Assembly (NCBI GenBank): GCA_030601305.1
Contig: JAUVTV010000001.1
Span: 1-47,246 of the forward strand
Origin: Candidatus Eiseniibacteriota bacterium
GTDB taxonomy: Bacteria > Eisenbacteria > RBG-16-71-46 > CAIMUX01 > WJJG01
Direction: 5' to 3'
Length of the DNA: 47,246 nt
The translations under genes and the position numbers were made by a program. Below the pieces are notes generated by a model that saw only the letters and a program-made list of their open reading frames with translations, searched no databases and had not been told where the DNA came from. This document shows positions 8,462-16,938 of the stretch, piece after piece; the stretch's first letter is position 1, and each line of letters opens with the position of its first letter.

Positions 8462-9160
8462 CTACTTCTCCCGAATTCCCAGATAGGAACGCTCGATTCC
8501 CAAGATCACCCGCAGCGAGAGCGCCGCGGCCCCGAGCGCCGCGCCGATGATGATGCCGCGCTGCGCGGCGGCGTTCGGCACCGCCATGATCCACTCCGTC
8601 ACCCACGGTAGGAAGGTCTCGCCGTTCGGCAGCCAGCTGAAGACGTATTCGCCGAGCGGCGTGCGCCCCAGCATCACGATGAAGGCCGCCGTCAAGAGGA
8701 TCGTGGCCTCGACGTTGCGCACGCGGAAGGCGCGAAAGGCGGCCGAGGCGACGTAGAACGCGAGCAGGCTGAACATGGCCGCCTGCAGCGGATTGAACAG
8801 ATGGCGGGTCATCCAGTAGAACGGCGTGTCACTGCCGTCGGGTGCCGTGAGGATGCTCTGGAAGGGACCCACGCGCGCGGCGCTCAGGATTCCGAAGGCG
8901 CCCATGACGAACAGCCCAAGCAGCAAGCTGACTGCGAAGGGCCAGCCGGGTTTGCGTCGTTCGATCTTTCGGATGTTGCCCTGGACGACGTTGACCACGC
9001 CCAGCAGCAGGGCGAAGCCGGTGATGATGACCATGTACTGTTCGACGCGATCCCGCACGAAGGCGACACCCCAGACCCGCTCGGTGAGGAAGAACGTGAC
9101 GATCGGAACCAGGCCGACGATGAAGGTCAGCATGAGTGGCAGCCTGAGCTTCCAGAACAT
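8462..9160 (-). CDS. Polytopic membrane protein (~6 TM), unknown family. Module gene B, 232 aa.
   Basis: Hydrophobic segments run throughout the protein. GGAGGA lies upstream and the gap from gene A is 21 nt. Confidence 0.75.
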   Translation of the reverse strand: MFWKLRLPLMLTFIVGLVPIVTFFLTERVWGVAFVRDRVEQYMVIITGFALLLGVVNVVQGNIRKIERRKPGWPFAVSLLLGLFVMGAFGILSAARVGPFQSILTAPDGSDTPFYWMTRHLFNPLQAAMFSLLAFYVASAAFRAFRVRNVEATILLTAAFIVMLGRTPLGEYVFSWLPNGETFLPWVTEWIMAVPNAAAQRGIIIGAALGAAALSLRVILGIERSYLGIREK

Positions 9161-9181
9161 GGGTCTGCGCGTCCTCCGGCG

Positions 9182-9967
9182 TTACTGGATCGTCATGAAA
9201 TCCCGGAACCAGTGGATCCCGAAGATCTCGAGCAGGATTCCTACAATGATGTACAGGATGAGTCCCGCCTTCGTGAAATCCTGTCCCTTGATGCTGCCCA
9301 CCATGGCCGGTTCACCGGAAAGGTAGGCGCCCGCGGCGAAAAGCTCTTCGCCCATCAACGTGAAGTCGCAGACCACCGCGAAGAACGGCAGCTGCGTGAC
9401 CTCGGCCGTCCCGGCGATCTGGATCGCGCCCACCGATTGACCGGTTTCGGCCATGAGGAGCGACTCGGCGTGGAAGGCGCCGATGAGGAAGATCGCGGCG
9501 GGCTTGTCGCGAACCATGAGGCCGGTCACCGAGGCGCTGAAGGCGAACTGATCGTAGGTGACATAGTGCACCATCTCGGGGTGGAACAGCTCGGGCCGTC
9601 CCGCCTGCAGGTAGGCCTCGTGCACCGTGTCGCGCGTGGCGGCGAAGGTGAGCGGGTCCTTGTTGGGCACGTCGAGGTCGACGGTGTAGCGCGCGGTCAA
9701 GCCGGCCACGTGCCGCAGCACCGCGAGGCTGGCGATCGTCTGGATGTCATCCAACGTGCCCCCACCGGGAAGGTAGAGCACTTTCCTGCCCAGCTCGGTG
9801 GCTCGGCCCACAGCTTCTTCCATCGCTGCGATGCCCGCGATGCGGCGGATGAAGAGTTTCCTTCCGCGGCGGGCGAGGTTGATGAAGAGGAGGACAAAGA
9901 AACAGAAGACCAGGAGCACGACAAGAGGGGCGCCACACCGGCTGGGATCGTACCAGGTCTCTGGCAT
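9182..9967 (-). CDS. Bitopic membrane protein (N-terminal TM, ~190-aa soluble domain, C-terminal TM), unknown family. Module gene A, 261 aa.
   Basis: GGGAGGA RBS upstream. TM segments are PLVVLLVFCFFVLLFINLA and AGLILYIIVGILLEIFGI. Its topology and some local motifs are shared with gene C. Confidence 0.75.
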   Translation of the reverse strand: MPETWYDPSRCGAPLVVLLVFCFFVLLFINLARRGRKLFIRRIAGIAAMEEAVGRATELGRKVLYLPGGGTLDDIQTIASLAVLRHVAGLTARYTVDLDVPNKDPLTFAATRDTVHEAYLQAGRPELFHPEMVHYVTYDQFAFSASVTGLMVRDKPAAIFLIGAFHAESLLMAETGQSVGAIQIAGTAEVTQLPFFAVVCDFTLMGEELFAAGAYLSGEPAMVGSIKGQDFTKAGLILYIIVGILLEIFGIHWFRDFMTIQ

Positions 9968-10078
9968 CCGGTCCTCCCGACGGCGGGTAGGGGACCCGCC
10001 AAGAAACCTCCTCCGCGTGATTCGATCCTAGCTGCTCACGGCACGGCACTCAAGCGGATCCTGGGACGGGTTCCAGAC

Positions 10079-10588
10079 CTAACTCGATGCGAGGCCGAGA
10101 AGGCGGGTGACGATTGCCGCCGCTTCCTGGGGATCCGCTGCTCGGTGGAGCAGCGGGGAGGAGGGACACGCGGGCGCCTCGAAGCGCCAGGAGCCCAGGA
10201 GCACCACCGGCTTGCCTACCTTGAGCGCGAGGGCGATCTCGGAGAGCGTGCCGTGCGCGCCGGAGACGGCGACGACGACCTCGGATGAGACCACGTTGAC
10301 GAAGTTTCGCGCGTAGGAGATCCCGGTGAAGATGGGGATCTGAATGAAGTCGTTCGGCGGCGTCTCGGCTGCATTGTGTCCCGGCAGGATGCCGATCGTG
10401 AGACCGCCGGCCTCGCTGGCGCCCCGAGATGCGGCCTCCATGACGCCGCCGCCGCCGCCGCAAAGCACCGCCACGCCCGCACCGGCCAGCAGACGGCCGA
10501 GTTGCCGCGCTTGCGCGTAGACTTCAGCGTCACAGCTTCCCGGACCCATGACGCCCACGATGCGGCGCCGCGCGGGCGCATCCGTCAT
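10079..10588 (-). CDS. TIGR00725-family protein (LOG / lysine-decarboxylase-like Rossmann fold), 169 aa.
   Basis: Contains IVGVMGPGS...LGRLLAGAGVAVLCGGGGGVMEAASRGASEAGGLTIGILP...TGISYARNFVNVVSSEVVVAVSGAHGTLSEIALAL. The start overlaps the upstream stop (ATGA). Confidence 0.8.
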   Translation of the reverse strand: MTDAPARRRIVGVMGPGSCDAEVYAQARQLGRLLAGAGVAVLCGGGGGVMEAASRGASEAGGLTIGILPGHNAAETPPNDFIQIPIFTGISYARNFVNVVSSEVVVAVSGAHGTLSEIALALKVGKPVVLLGSWRFEAPACPSSPLLHRAADPQEAAAIVTRLLGLASS

Positions 10589-12504
10589 GGGTCGCGGGCT
10601 CCTTCTTCGGCGGCTCTGGAGCGGATCTCGATTCCCTTCGTGTGGAGCGCAATCCGCCCTTTGATGCTCTCGTCATCGGGATCGATGCGCAGAACTTCTT
10701 TCCAGTACTCCACCGCCTTCTCCAGATTACCGAGGAGCTCATAGACGAGCGCCGTCTGCCGGTGGGCTTCGCGATGATCGGGATCGAGTCGCCTTGCGAC
10801 GGCCAGGAGATCGAGCGCCTCCTGCGTCTGGTTCATCTCCTTGTACAGCATCGCCAGGTTGACGCGGATGCCCGCGTGCTGCACGTGACGGGATGCGCCT
10901 TCCGTGAGGATCGCGATGGCCTGGGTACGATTCCCCAGCTCGCGCTGCACAAAGGCGAGGTTCATGCGGGCTGTGAGCCGATCCGGGTCGAGGTCGAGGG
11001 CGCGTTCGAAAGCCAGCCGCGCGCTGCTGTATTTCTGCTGGCGCATATACAGCCTGCCCAGCCGGTAGTGGGCGTCGAACCAGTCCGGTTCCCGCGCGCA
11101 CAGATCGCGAAGCAGCCTCTCGGCCTCGTCGTCCCGCTCGCGCGCGGCGTAGTATTGGGCGAGATTGACCTCCGACCTGAGCGCCAGCTCCTTCAGGGTC
11201 AAACCGGCGGTCCAGTAGTTCCAGATCGGGGAGAGGCGCATCCCGGGGTTCTTGTTGCGGAGCGCGGCCCGCTGGGTGCGCCACGCATCGTCTTCGTAGC
11301 TCTCCAGAATGGCGGACATCGGCATCTCTTCGCTGAAGAGCTCGGTCAGCACGCGACCCTCCATGTCCGCGGGCACCGGCAGGCCCAGCAGGGCGAGAAG
11401 CGTCGGAACCAGATCGAAGACGGTCCCTTGCGTGACGATCGCCGCCGGGTCATCCGCGTACTTCCGCGACGCCACCTGAGGCCCCTTGGCCAGCAGGATC
11501 CCCTTGGAGCGGTGCCACCGCTCGGGCCTCCCGGGTCCGCGCCCGTCGGGGCGCGCGGCATCCGCGAGGAAACCGTGGTCGGAGAAGACGATCACCGTGG
11601 TGGTGTCGTCGCACAGCTCGAGGAGTTCACCGAGAAGCTCGTCCTGGTAGCGATAGAACGCCGTCACGGTCCGGGCGGTGGGTTGGGAAAAGTGACCGAT
11701 CGTCTCGATGCCCTTGAAGCCCACGGCGACGACGTCGGGACCGTCCGTCCGGATGAGATGCCGCGCCACGGTGGCGGCATTGCGCATGCCTTGGTAGGCG
11801 TAGCGGAAGCGGGTGACGAGATCGGAGGGATCCTCTCCCGACGCCTGGGCGAATTGCTCCTCGGAGACATCGAGGAAGTCGCGGGCCGTGGCGTAGGAAA
11901 CCTCATCAGGGGTTCCGCAGAGCCGCGCGATCTCGGCCGCTCGCTCCGGTGGCCACACGCACGCATCTTCGGCTGTCTCGCACCGCGCGGGGTCGTCGAT
12001 GAGCGCGTCCGAGACCATCACCCCGTGCACTGGTTCGGCGGGAGCGGTCATCCACCAGCCGACCACGCAGACGCTCACTTCCCGCTCGCTAAGGATGTTC
12101 CAAAACGCCTTGCTGCGGCGTGCGTTGGCCGTTGCGTGCCGCGGTGCGTTGCCCTCCGTTTCCGGCAAGAACCAGCCCGTGATGCCGTGCTCGTCAGGTC
12201 CCTTGCCCGTGGCGATGGTGTTCCACAAGATCGGTGAGACGAACGGGCGCACACTGCCGAGCGGTCCGTGGGAGCCGTCGCGGATGAGCCCGCGCAGGTT
12301 GGGGAGTCCGTCGCCCGAAAGAAGCGGCCGGATGAAATGCCAGTCAGCGCCATCGATTCCGACGAGGAGCACGCGCGGGGCACGGTGGCGGGCGCGCTCG
12401 CAACCACCGCCGGCGAGCAACGCGAGGGACAGGAAGACCGTCAGCGCAACGAACGCGCCGATCACTTCGGGACGCCGGAACATCTTCCGCCGGCAGTGGA
12501 GCAT
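10585..12504 (-). CDS. Alkaline-phosphatase-superfamily protein (type I phosphodiesterase / nucleotide pyrophosphatase-like) with an N-terminal anchor and C-terminal TPR repeats, 639 aa.
   Basis: Contains RVLLVGIDGADW...SPILWNTIATGKGPDEHGITGW...VIVFSDHGF, followed by about 6 TPR-like repeats. The ATG at 12504 is preceded by GGAGGG. I reject the 951-aa track ORF extension because it runs through the UbiA gene in another frame. Confidence 0.8.
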   Translation of the reverse strand: MLHCRRKMFRRPEVIGAFVALTVFLSLALLAGGGCERARHRAPRVLLVGIDGADWHFIRPLLSGDGLPNLRGLIRDGSHGPLGSVRPFVSPILWNTIATGKGPDEHGITGWFLPETEGNAPRHATANARRSKAFWNILSEREVSVCVVGWWMTAPAEPVHGVMVSDALIDDPARCETAEDACVWPPERAAEIARLCGTPDEVSYATARDFLDVSEEQFAQASGEDPSDLVTRFRYAYQGMRNAATVARHLIRTDGPDVVAVGFKGIETIGHFSQPTARTVTAFYRYQDELLGELLELCDDTTTVIVFSDHGFLADAARPDGRGPGRPERWHRSKGILLAKGPQVASRKYADDPAAIVTQGTVFDLVPTLLALLGLPVPADMEGRVLTELFSEEMPMSAILESYEDDAWRTQRAALRNKNPGMRLSPIWNYWTAGLTLKELALRSEVNLAQYYAARERDDEAERLLRDLCAREPDWFDAHYRLGRLYMRQQKYSSARLAFERALDLDPDRLTARMNLAFVQRELGNRTQAIAILTEGASRHVQHAGIRVNLAMLYKEMNQTQEALDLLAVARRLDPDHREAHRQTALVYELLGNLEKAVEYWKEVLRIDPDDESIKGRIALHTKGIEIRSRAAEEGARDP

Positions 12505-12539
12505 ACCTGTTGCCCTCCGCAAGCTGGCTGATGACCAGC

Positions 12540-13457
12540 TCAGAGCACGCTCTGGCCCAGCAGTCCGAGGATGAGCAGGAGCCCGAAGGCCATCTGCAGC
12601 TGAGCCGTGCGCATGTCCAGGGTCACCAGGCCCCCCTGCATGGCATCCCCGCTCTGCGCGATGCCGGCTCTCATCTGGCGAATGGCGCCGAAGGCGAGCG
12701 GCAAGCTGAGCAGTGCCAAGAGCGCCGTCGGAACGATGAGCTTCGCCGCCACCAGCGCGATGAGGCTCAGGTAGGCCAGCGCCAGAAGCGCGATGTAGAC
12801 CGCCTGCGACCCGCGCCGTCCCAGGAGCAGGGCCAGGGTGGTGATCGCGGCTTCGCGGTCGGTGTCCAGGTCGCGCAGGTTGTTGGCGTGCAGGATCGCC
12901 CAAATGAGGAGTCCCACCGGGACACCGTAGCAGACCGGTGTCCAGGAGAGCCGCCCAGTCTGGACGACGTAGCTGCCCACGGTGATGCCCACGCCGAAGG
13001 CGAGGAAGACCGCGACGTCGCCCAGCGCGCGGTACTTGAGCGCCACGGGCGCCCCGGTGTAGCCCACGCCCAGCAGGAGACCCAGTGCCACGACCGGCAG
13101 CACCGCCGGACCCACCGCGATGAAGAAGTGGACCGCGATCGCGGCCGCGACCGCGGAGAGCACGAGGGCCTCGGCAAGGATCTCCCCGGGTGCCATCCGT
13201 CCGCTGACGAGCATCCCGCGGGAGGCGCCCCGCGTGTCTTCGCGGTCGACGCCCTTGCGGAAGTCGAAGTAGTCGTTCAGCAGGTTCGACGAGGCATGGA
13301 AGCAGGCGGACCCGACGGCGGCCAGGATCAGGTGGAGCACGTTCAGCCGGGCGCCATCCTGGATCACGGCCACCAGACCGCCCAGGATTGCGGGTATGAC
13401 GGAAGTGGGGAACGCGAACGGCCGGGTTGCATTCCACCACAGGCCCAGTCGGCTCAT
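12540..13457 (-). CDS. UbiA-family prenyltransferase, MenA-like (1,4-dihydroxy-2-naphthoate polyprenyltransferase-like), 305 aa.
   Basis: Motifs NDYFDFRKGVD and NNLRDLDTDREAAITTLA occur in a protein with 8-9 hydrophobic helices. Confidence 0.8.
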   Translation of the reverse strand: MSRLGLWWNATRPFAFPTSVIPAILGGLVAVIQDGARLNVLHLILAAVGSACFHASSNLLNDYFDFRKGVDREDTRGASRGMLVSGRMAPGEILAEALVLSAVAAAIAVHFFIAVGPAVLPVVALGLLLGVGYTGAPVALKYRALGDVAVFLAFGVGITVGSYVVQTGRLSWTPVCYGVPVGLLIWAILHANNLRDLDTDREAAITTLALLLGRRGSQAVYIALLALAYLSLIALVAAKLIVPTALLALLSLPLAFGAIRQMRAGIAQSGDAMQGGLVTLDMRTAQLQMAFGLLLILGLLGQSVL

Positions 13458-13672
13458 GGATTCACCTCCGATCTTGCGAGCGGTCTCGTGCTCAACTCGG
13501 GGGAGCTACAGTAGCGGCTCTTCCGCGTCAGGGTCAACGTGCTATCTTGAAGGGAAAGGCCGTCGCATCTTGACCGCGCCGAGGTCATCCCATACGCTAA
13601 GGAGCTTGGTGTTCCAGTGCGGGAGGTCCCCTGCCTGCGCTCGCCAGCCGAATCAACAGAGGAGTATTGTAG

Positions 13673-13930
13673 ATGGCCACACAAGCTGCCAAGAAACCGG
13701 CCCGCAAGACGCGCGGCTTCATCAAGATCCGCGAGGAAGAGTGCAAGGGATGCGGCTGCTGTATCGAAGACTGCCCTCAGAAGGTGCTGGAGTTCTCGCC
13801 GAACCTCAATCGGATGGGGTACCACCCGTGCGTCTACAAGGGCGATGGGTGCATTGCCTGCGGCATCTGCTTCTATGCCTGTCCCGAGCCCGGGGCGATC
13901 ACGGTCTACCAGCTCGAGGAAGGCGACTAG
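13673..13930 (+). CDS. 2-oxoacid:ferredoxin oxidoreductase delta subunit (2x[4Fe-4S] ferredoxin), 85 aa.
   Basis: Carries CKGCGCCIEDCP and CIACGICFYACP and directly precedes the alpha subunit gene. Confidence 0.85.
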   Translation: MATQAAKKPARKTRGFIKIREEECKGCGCCIEDCPQKVLEFSPNLNRMGYHPCVYKGDGCIACGICFYACPEPGAITVYQLEEGD

Positions 13931-13972
13931 ATTCGGCGATGGGCGCAGACGCTCTGTAGATGGGAGGTTGCG

Positions 13973-15022
13973 ATGGCGAAGGTGCTTCTGAAGGGCAACG
14001 ATGCCGTGGTCCGCGGGGCGATCTTGGCAGGTTGCCGAGTCTACTTCGGATACCCGATCACGCCGGCCAGCGAGATCGCCGAGACGGCGGCCAAGTACAT
14101 GCCGCTCGTCGGCGGCACGTTTCTGCAGGCCGAGAGCGAGATCGCGGCGATCAACATGGTCTACGGTGCTTCGGGTGCCGGTGCACGGGTGATGACGGCC
14201 TCTTCGGGACCGGGGATCAGTCTCAAGATGGAGGGGATCTCCTACATGGCCGGCGCTCAGCTGCCCTGCGTGGTCGTCTCGGTCATGCGCGGCGGTCCCG
14301 GCCTGGGGAATATCGCGCCGGAACAGGCTGACTATCACCAGGTCGTCTGGGGCGGCGGGCACGGGAACTACAAGAACATCGTGCTGGCCCCCAACTCGGT
14401 CCAGGAGATGTCGGACCTCACGATGCTCGCCTTCGAGCTCGCCGACCGCTATCGCAATCCGGTCTTCATCCTCACCGACGGTGCGACCGGTCAGATGATG
14501 GAGCCGGTGGAATTCCCCGATGCGGTCGTGCGGCCGCCCGAGAAGGACTGGGCGGTGGGGGTCGGACCGGGGCCCCGCGAGAATCTGATCTCCTCGATCT
14601 TCCTCGACGGCGACGAGCTGGAGGCCCACAACAAGATCCTGCAGGCCAAGTACGACAAGATGGAAGCCGAGGAGGTGCGCTTCGAGGAGTTCCAGTTGGA
14701 CGATGCCGAGCTGGTGACGGTCGGATTCGGGATCGTCGCGCGCGTCCTGCGTTCCGCGGTGCTGCAACTGCGCAGCGAAGGGCTGAAGGTGGGGCTGCTG
14801 CGACCCATAACCTTGTGGCCCTTCCCCAACGAGAAGCTCGAGGAACTTGCCGAGCGGGATTCGGTGCGGCGATTCGTGACGGTCGAGATGTCGCACGGTC
14901 AGATGGTGAAGGATGTGAAGCTCGCCGTTCTGGGGCGCAAGCCGGTTGAGCTCTACAGGCGCATGGGCGGCAACATTCCCACCGTCAACGAGGTGATCGA
15001 GGAGATCAAGCGCCTGGCCTAG
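13973..15022 (+). CDS. 2-oxoacid:ferredoxin oxidoreductase alpha subunit, 349 aa.
   Basis: Contains [30 protein letters not shown]...[30 protein letters not shown]. Confidence 0.9.
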   Translation: MAKVLLKGNDAVVRGAILAGCRVYFGYPITPASEIAETAAKYMPLVGGTFLQAESEIAAINMVYGASGAGARVMTASSGPGISLKMEGISYMAGAQLPCVVVSVMRGGPGLGNIAPEQADYHQVVWGGGHGNYKNIVLAPNSVQEMSDLTMLAFELADRYRNPVFILTDGATGQMMEPVEFPDAVVRPPEKDWAVGVGPGPRENLISSIFLDGDELEAHNKILQAKYDKMEAEEVRFEEFQLDDAELVTVGFGIVARVLRSAVLQLRSEGLKVGLLRPITLWPFPNEKLEELAERDSVRRFVTVEMSHGQMVKDVKLAVLGRKPVELYRRMGGNIPTVNEVIEEIKRLA

Positions 15023-15053
15023 ATTCGGTCGTGAGCACCGGGAGGAGAAGTAC

Positions 15054-16496
15054 ATGAAGGTCAAGTTCCAGAAGACCAAGGGCTTCTATGATGTCTACGA
15101 ACGCAAGCCGGGCGTCAACAAGGACATCATCCACTACTGCCCCGGATGCGGGCACGGCAATGCCCACAAGTTCATCGCCGAGACGATCGCGGATCTGGGC
15201 ATCCAGGATCGCACCGTATTCGTCAGCCCCGTGGGCTGCAGCGTCTTCGCTTACTACTACTTCGATATGGGGAACGTGCAGGCGGCGCACGGCCGGGCCC
15301 CGGCGGTGGCCACCGGGATCAAGCGCACACACCCCGACAGCGTCGTGATCGTCTACCAAGGCGACGGCGATCTGGCCGCCATCGGCACCGCGGAAATCGT
15401 CCACGCGGCGAACCGCGGCGAGAACATGACGGTGATCTTCATCAACAACGCGATCTACGGGATGACCGGGGGACAGATGGCCCCCACGACCCTTGTGGGG
15501 CAGCGCACGACGACGACCCCCTACGGCCGGAAGCCCGAGAACGAGGGCTTCCCGGTGCGCGTCGCCGAGCTGATCGATGCCATCCAGGCGCCGATCTACA
15601 TCGAACGCGTGTCGCTCCACGATTCGAAGCATGTCACCAAGGCGCGCCGCGCCGTTCGCAAGGCGATCACGTACCAGCTCGAGGGCAAGGGATTCAGTCT
15701 GGTCGAGATCCTCTCGGCGTGTCCGACGGGTTGGGGCCTGCTGCCCGTGGAGGCGCGCAAGTGGATCCACGAGGCGATGGAGCCGAACTTCCCGCTGGGA
15801 CTGAAGCGCGATGAAGGTCCCAACATCGAAGCGCGCGAGCTCCAGCCGTGCAACCATGTCTTCGAAGGCGTTCACGGCCTGATCGACTTGCCCGCGCCCG
15901 AAGAGCGCGGGGCGGCCACGATGCAGGCCACGATGGAGCACGTGGAGGAGGCCTGGCGGAATCCCGCGATCAAGGTCGCCGGCTTTGGTGGTCAGGGCGT
16001 GCTGCTCCTCGGCCTCGGCCTCGCGAACACCGGGATGCAGGTCGGCCATCACGTTTCCTGGTTGCCGTCCTACGGGCCGGAGATGCGCGGCGGGACGGCC
16101 AATTGCGGCGTACACATCTCCACGGATCTCATCGGCTCGCCGGTCGTGGCGGACACCGACATCCTCGTCGCGTTCAACCGTCCGTCCCTCGAGAAGTTCG
16201 AGGCGGCCGTGCGACCGGGGGGCGTCGTCTTCTGCGACACGTCCCTGGTTGACGTGAAGCCCACTCGGGACGATATTGTGGTGGTGGGGGTGCCGGCTAC
16301 GAAGCTGGCGGATGAGCTTGGGAATACGAAGGCGGCCAACATGGTTATGTTCGGAGCGATCATCGGCCGCACCAAGCTCTTCACCGTGGACGAGGTCTGC
16401 GCGTCCCTGGATGGCTTCATCAAGAAGAAGAAGCTGATTCCGGTGAACGAGCAGGCGGTCAAGAGGGGAGCCGAGTACGTTCTGGAAATGAGCTAG
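15054..16496 (+). CDS. 2-oxoacid:ferredoxin oxidoreductase beta subunit (TPP-binding) fused to the gamma subunit, 480 aa.
   Basis: The beta part has YCPGCGHG...GDGDLAAIG...NNAIYGMTGGQ. The gamma part has KVAGFGGQGVLLLG...LPSYGPEMRGGTANC. Confidence 0.85.
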   Translation: MKVKFQKTKGFYDVYERKPGVNKDIIHYCPGCGHGNAHKFIAETIADLGIQDRTVFVSPVGCSVFAYYYFDMGNVQAAHGRAPAVATGIKRTHPDSVVIVYQGDGDLAAIGTAEIVHAANRGENMTVIFINNAIYGMTGGQMAPTTLVGQRTTTTPYGRKPENEGFPVRVAELIDAIQAPIYIERVSLHDSKHVTKARRAVRKAITYQLEGKGFSLVEILSACPTGWGLLPVEARKWIHEAMEPNFPLGLKRDEGPNIEARELQPCNHVFEGVHGLIDLPAPEERGAATMQATMEHVEEAWRNPAIKVAGFGGQGVLLLGLGLANTGMQVGHHVSWLPSYGPEMRGGTANCGVHISTDLIGSPVVADTDILVAFNRPSLEKFEAAVRPGGVVFCDTSLVDVKPTRDDIVVVGVPATKLADELGNTKAANMVMFGAIIGRTKLFTVDEVCASLDGFIKKKKLIPVNEQAVKRGAEYVLEMS

Positions 16497-16534
16497 TTTC
16501 CTCCGGCTCCCCCAGGGAAGGGGGTGACTCGGGG

Positions 16535-16921
16535 ATGCCCCCAGTGGTCCTGATTGTGGAAGAGCAGACTGCGCTCCGGGAGCAGTACGCCCGCTTCCTC
16601 CGCGATGAAGGCTACGAGGTCGTGACCGCCGCCGCCGCCGAAGAACTGCTCCTGCTGGCCCAGAAGACGACTCCGGACGTGGTCGTGCTGGACCCGGACA
16701 GTGGCGGGGGAAAGGGCATGGAGGCGGCGCTCAAACTCCTCGAAGCCGGCTCGCCGGCGTCTCTGGTATTCAACACCTCGCGGCCCTACAGCTTGGAGAC
16801 GGATTTCTCCACCTGGGTAGCCGACGCCTACAGCGTGCGGACCCACGGCGTGGGAGAGCTGGGGCGGATCGTGCGGGATGTGCTCCATCGCGCGCCGGCC
16901 ACACCGGCCGCGGAGAAGTAG
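16535..16921 (+). CDS. Stand-alone response-regulator receiver (CheY-like) domain protein, 128 aa.
   Basis: Contains VVLIVEEQ...PDVVVLDPDSGGGKGMEA...LVFNTS. The fold pattern is receiver-like, with EE in place of the usual DD pair and RP in place of KP. Confidence 0.65.
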   Translation: MPPVVLIVEEQTALREQYARFLRDEGYEVVTAAAAEELLLLAQKTTPDVVVLDPDSGGGKGMEAALKLLEAGSPASLVFNTSRPYSLETDFSTWVADAYSVRTHGVGELGRIVRDVLHRAPATPAAEK

Positions 16922-16938
16922 CCGCCCGGGGGAAGACC

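Noticed and set aside
8801-10288. 495-aa plus-strand ORF. Similar antisense ORFs occur at 10642..12237, 12510..13514, 13454..15079, 15006..16115, 25804..27429, 28124..29386, 30600..32177, 33310..34959, 37819..39390, 40214..41485, 42090..43127, 43102..44016 and 45013..46281.
   Set aside because: All are antisense or off-frame to genes with clear family signatures or clean membrane topology. Their compositions (Asp/Glu/His/Arg/Gly-rich) are what antisense translation of GC-rich genes produces.
12505-13440. N-terminal extension of the 951-aa ORF 10585..13440.
   Set aside because: The extension runs through the MenA-like UbiA gene in a different frame and is Arg/Gly/Pro-rich. A proper RBS and ATG occur at 12504, just before the signal-anchor of the AlkP-family domain.
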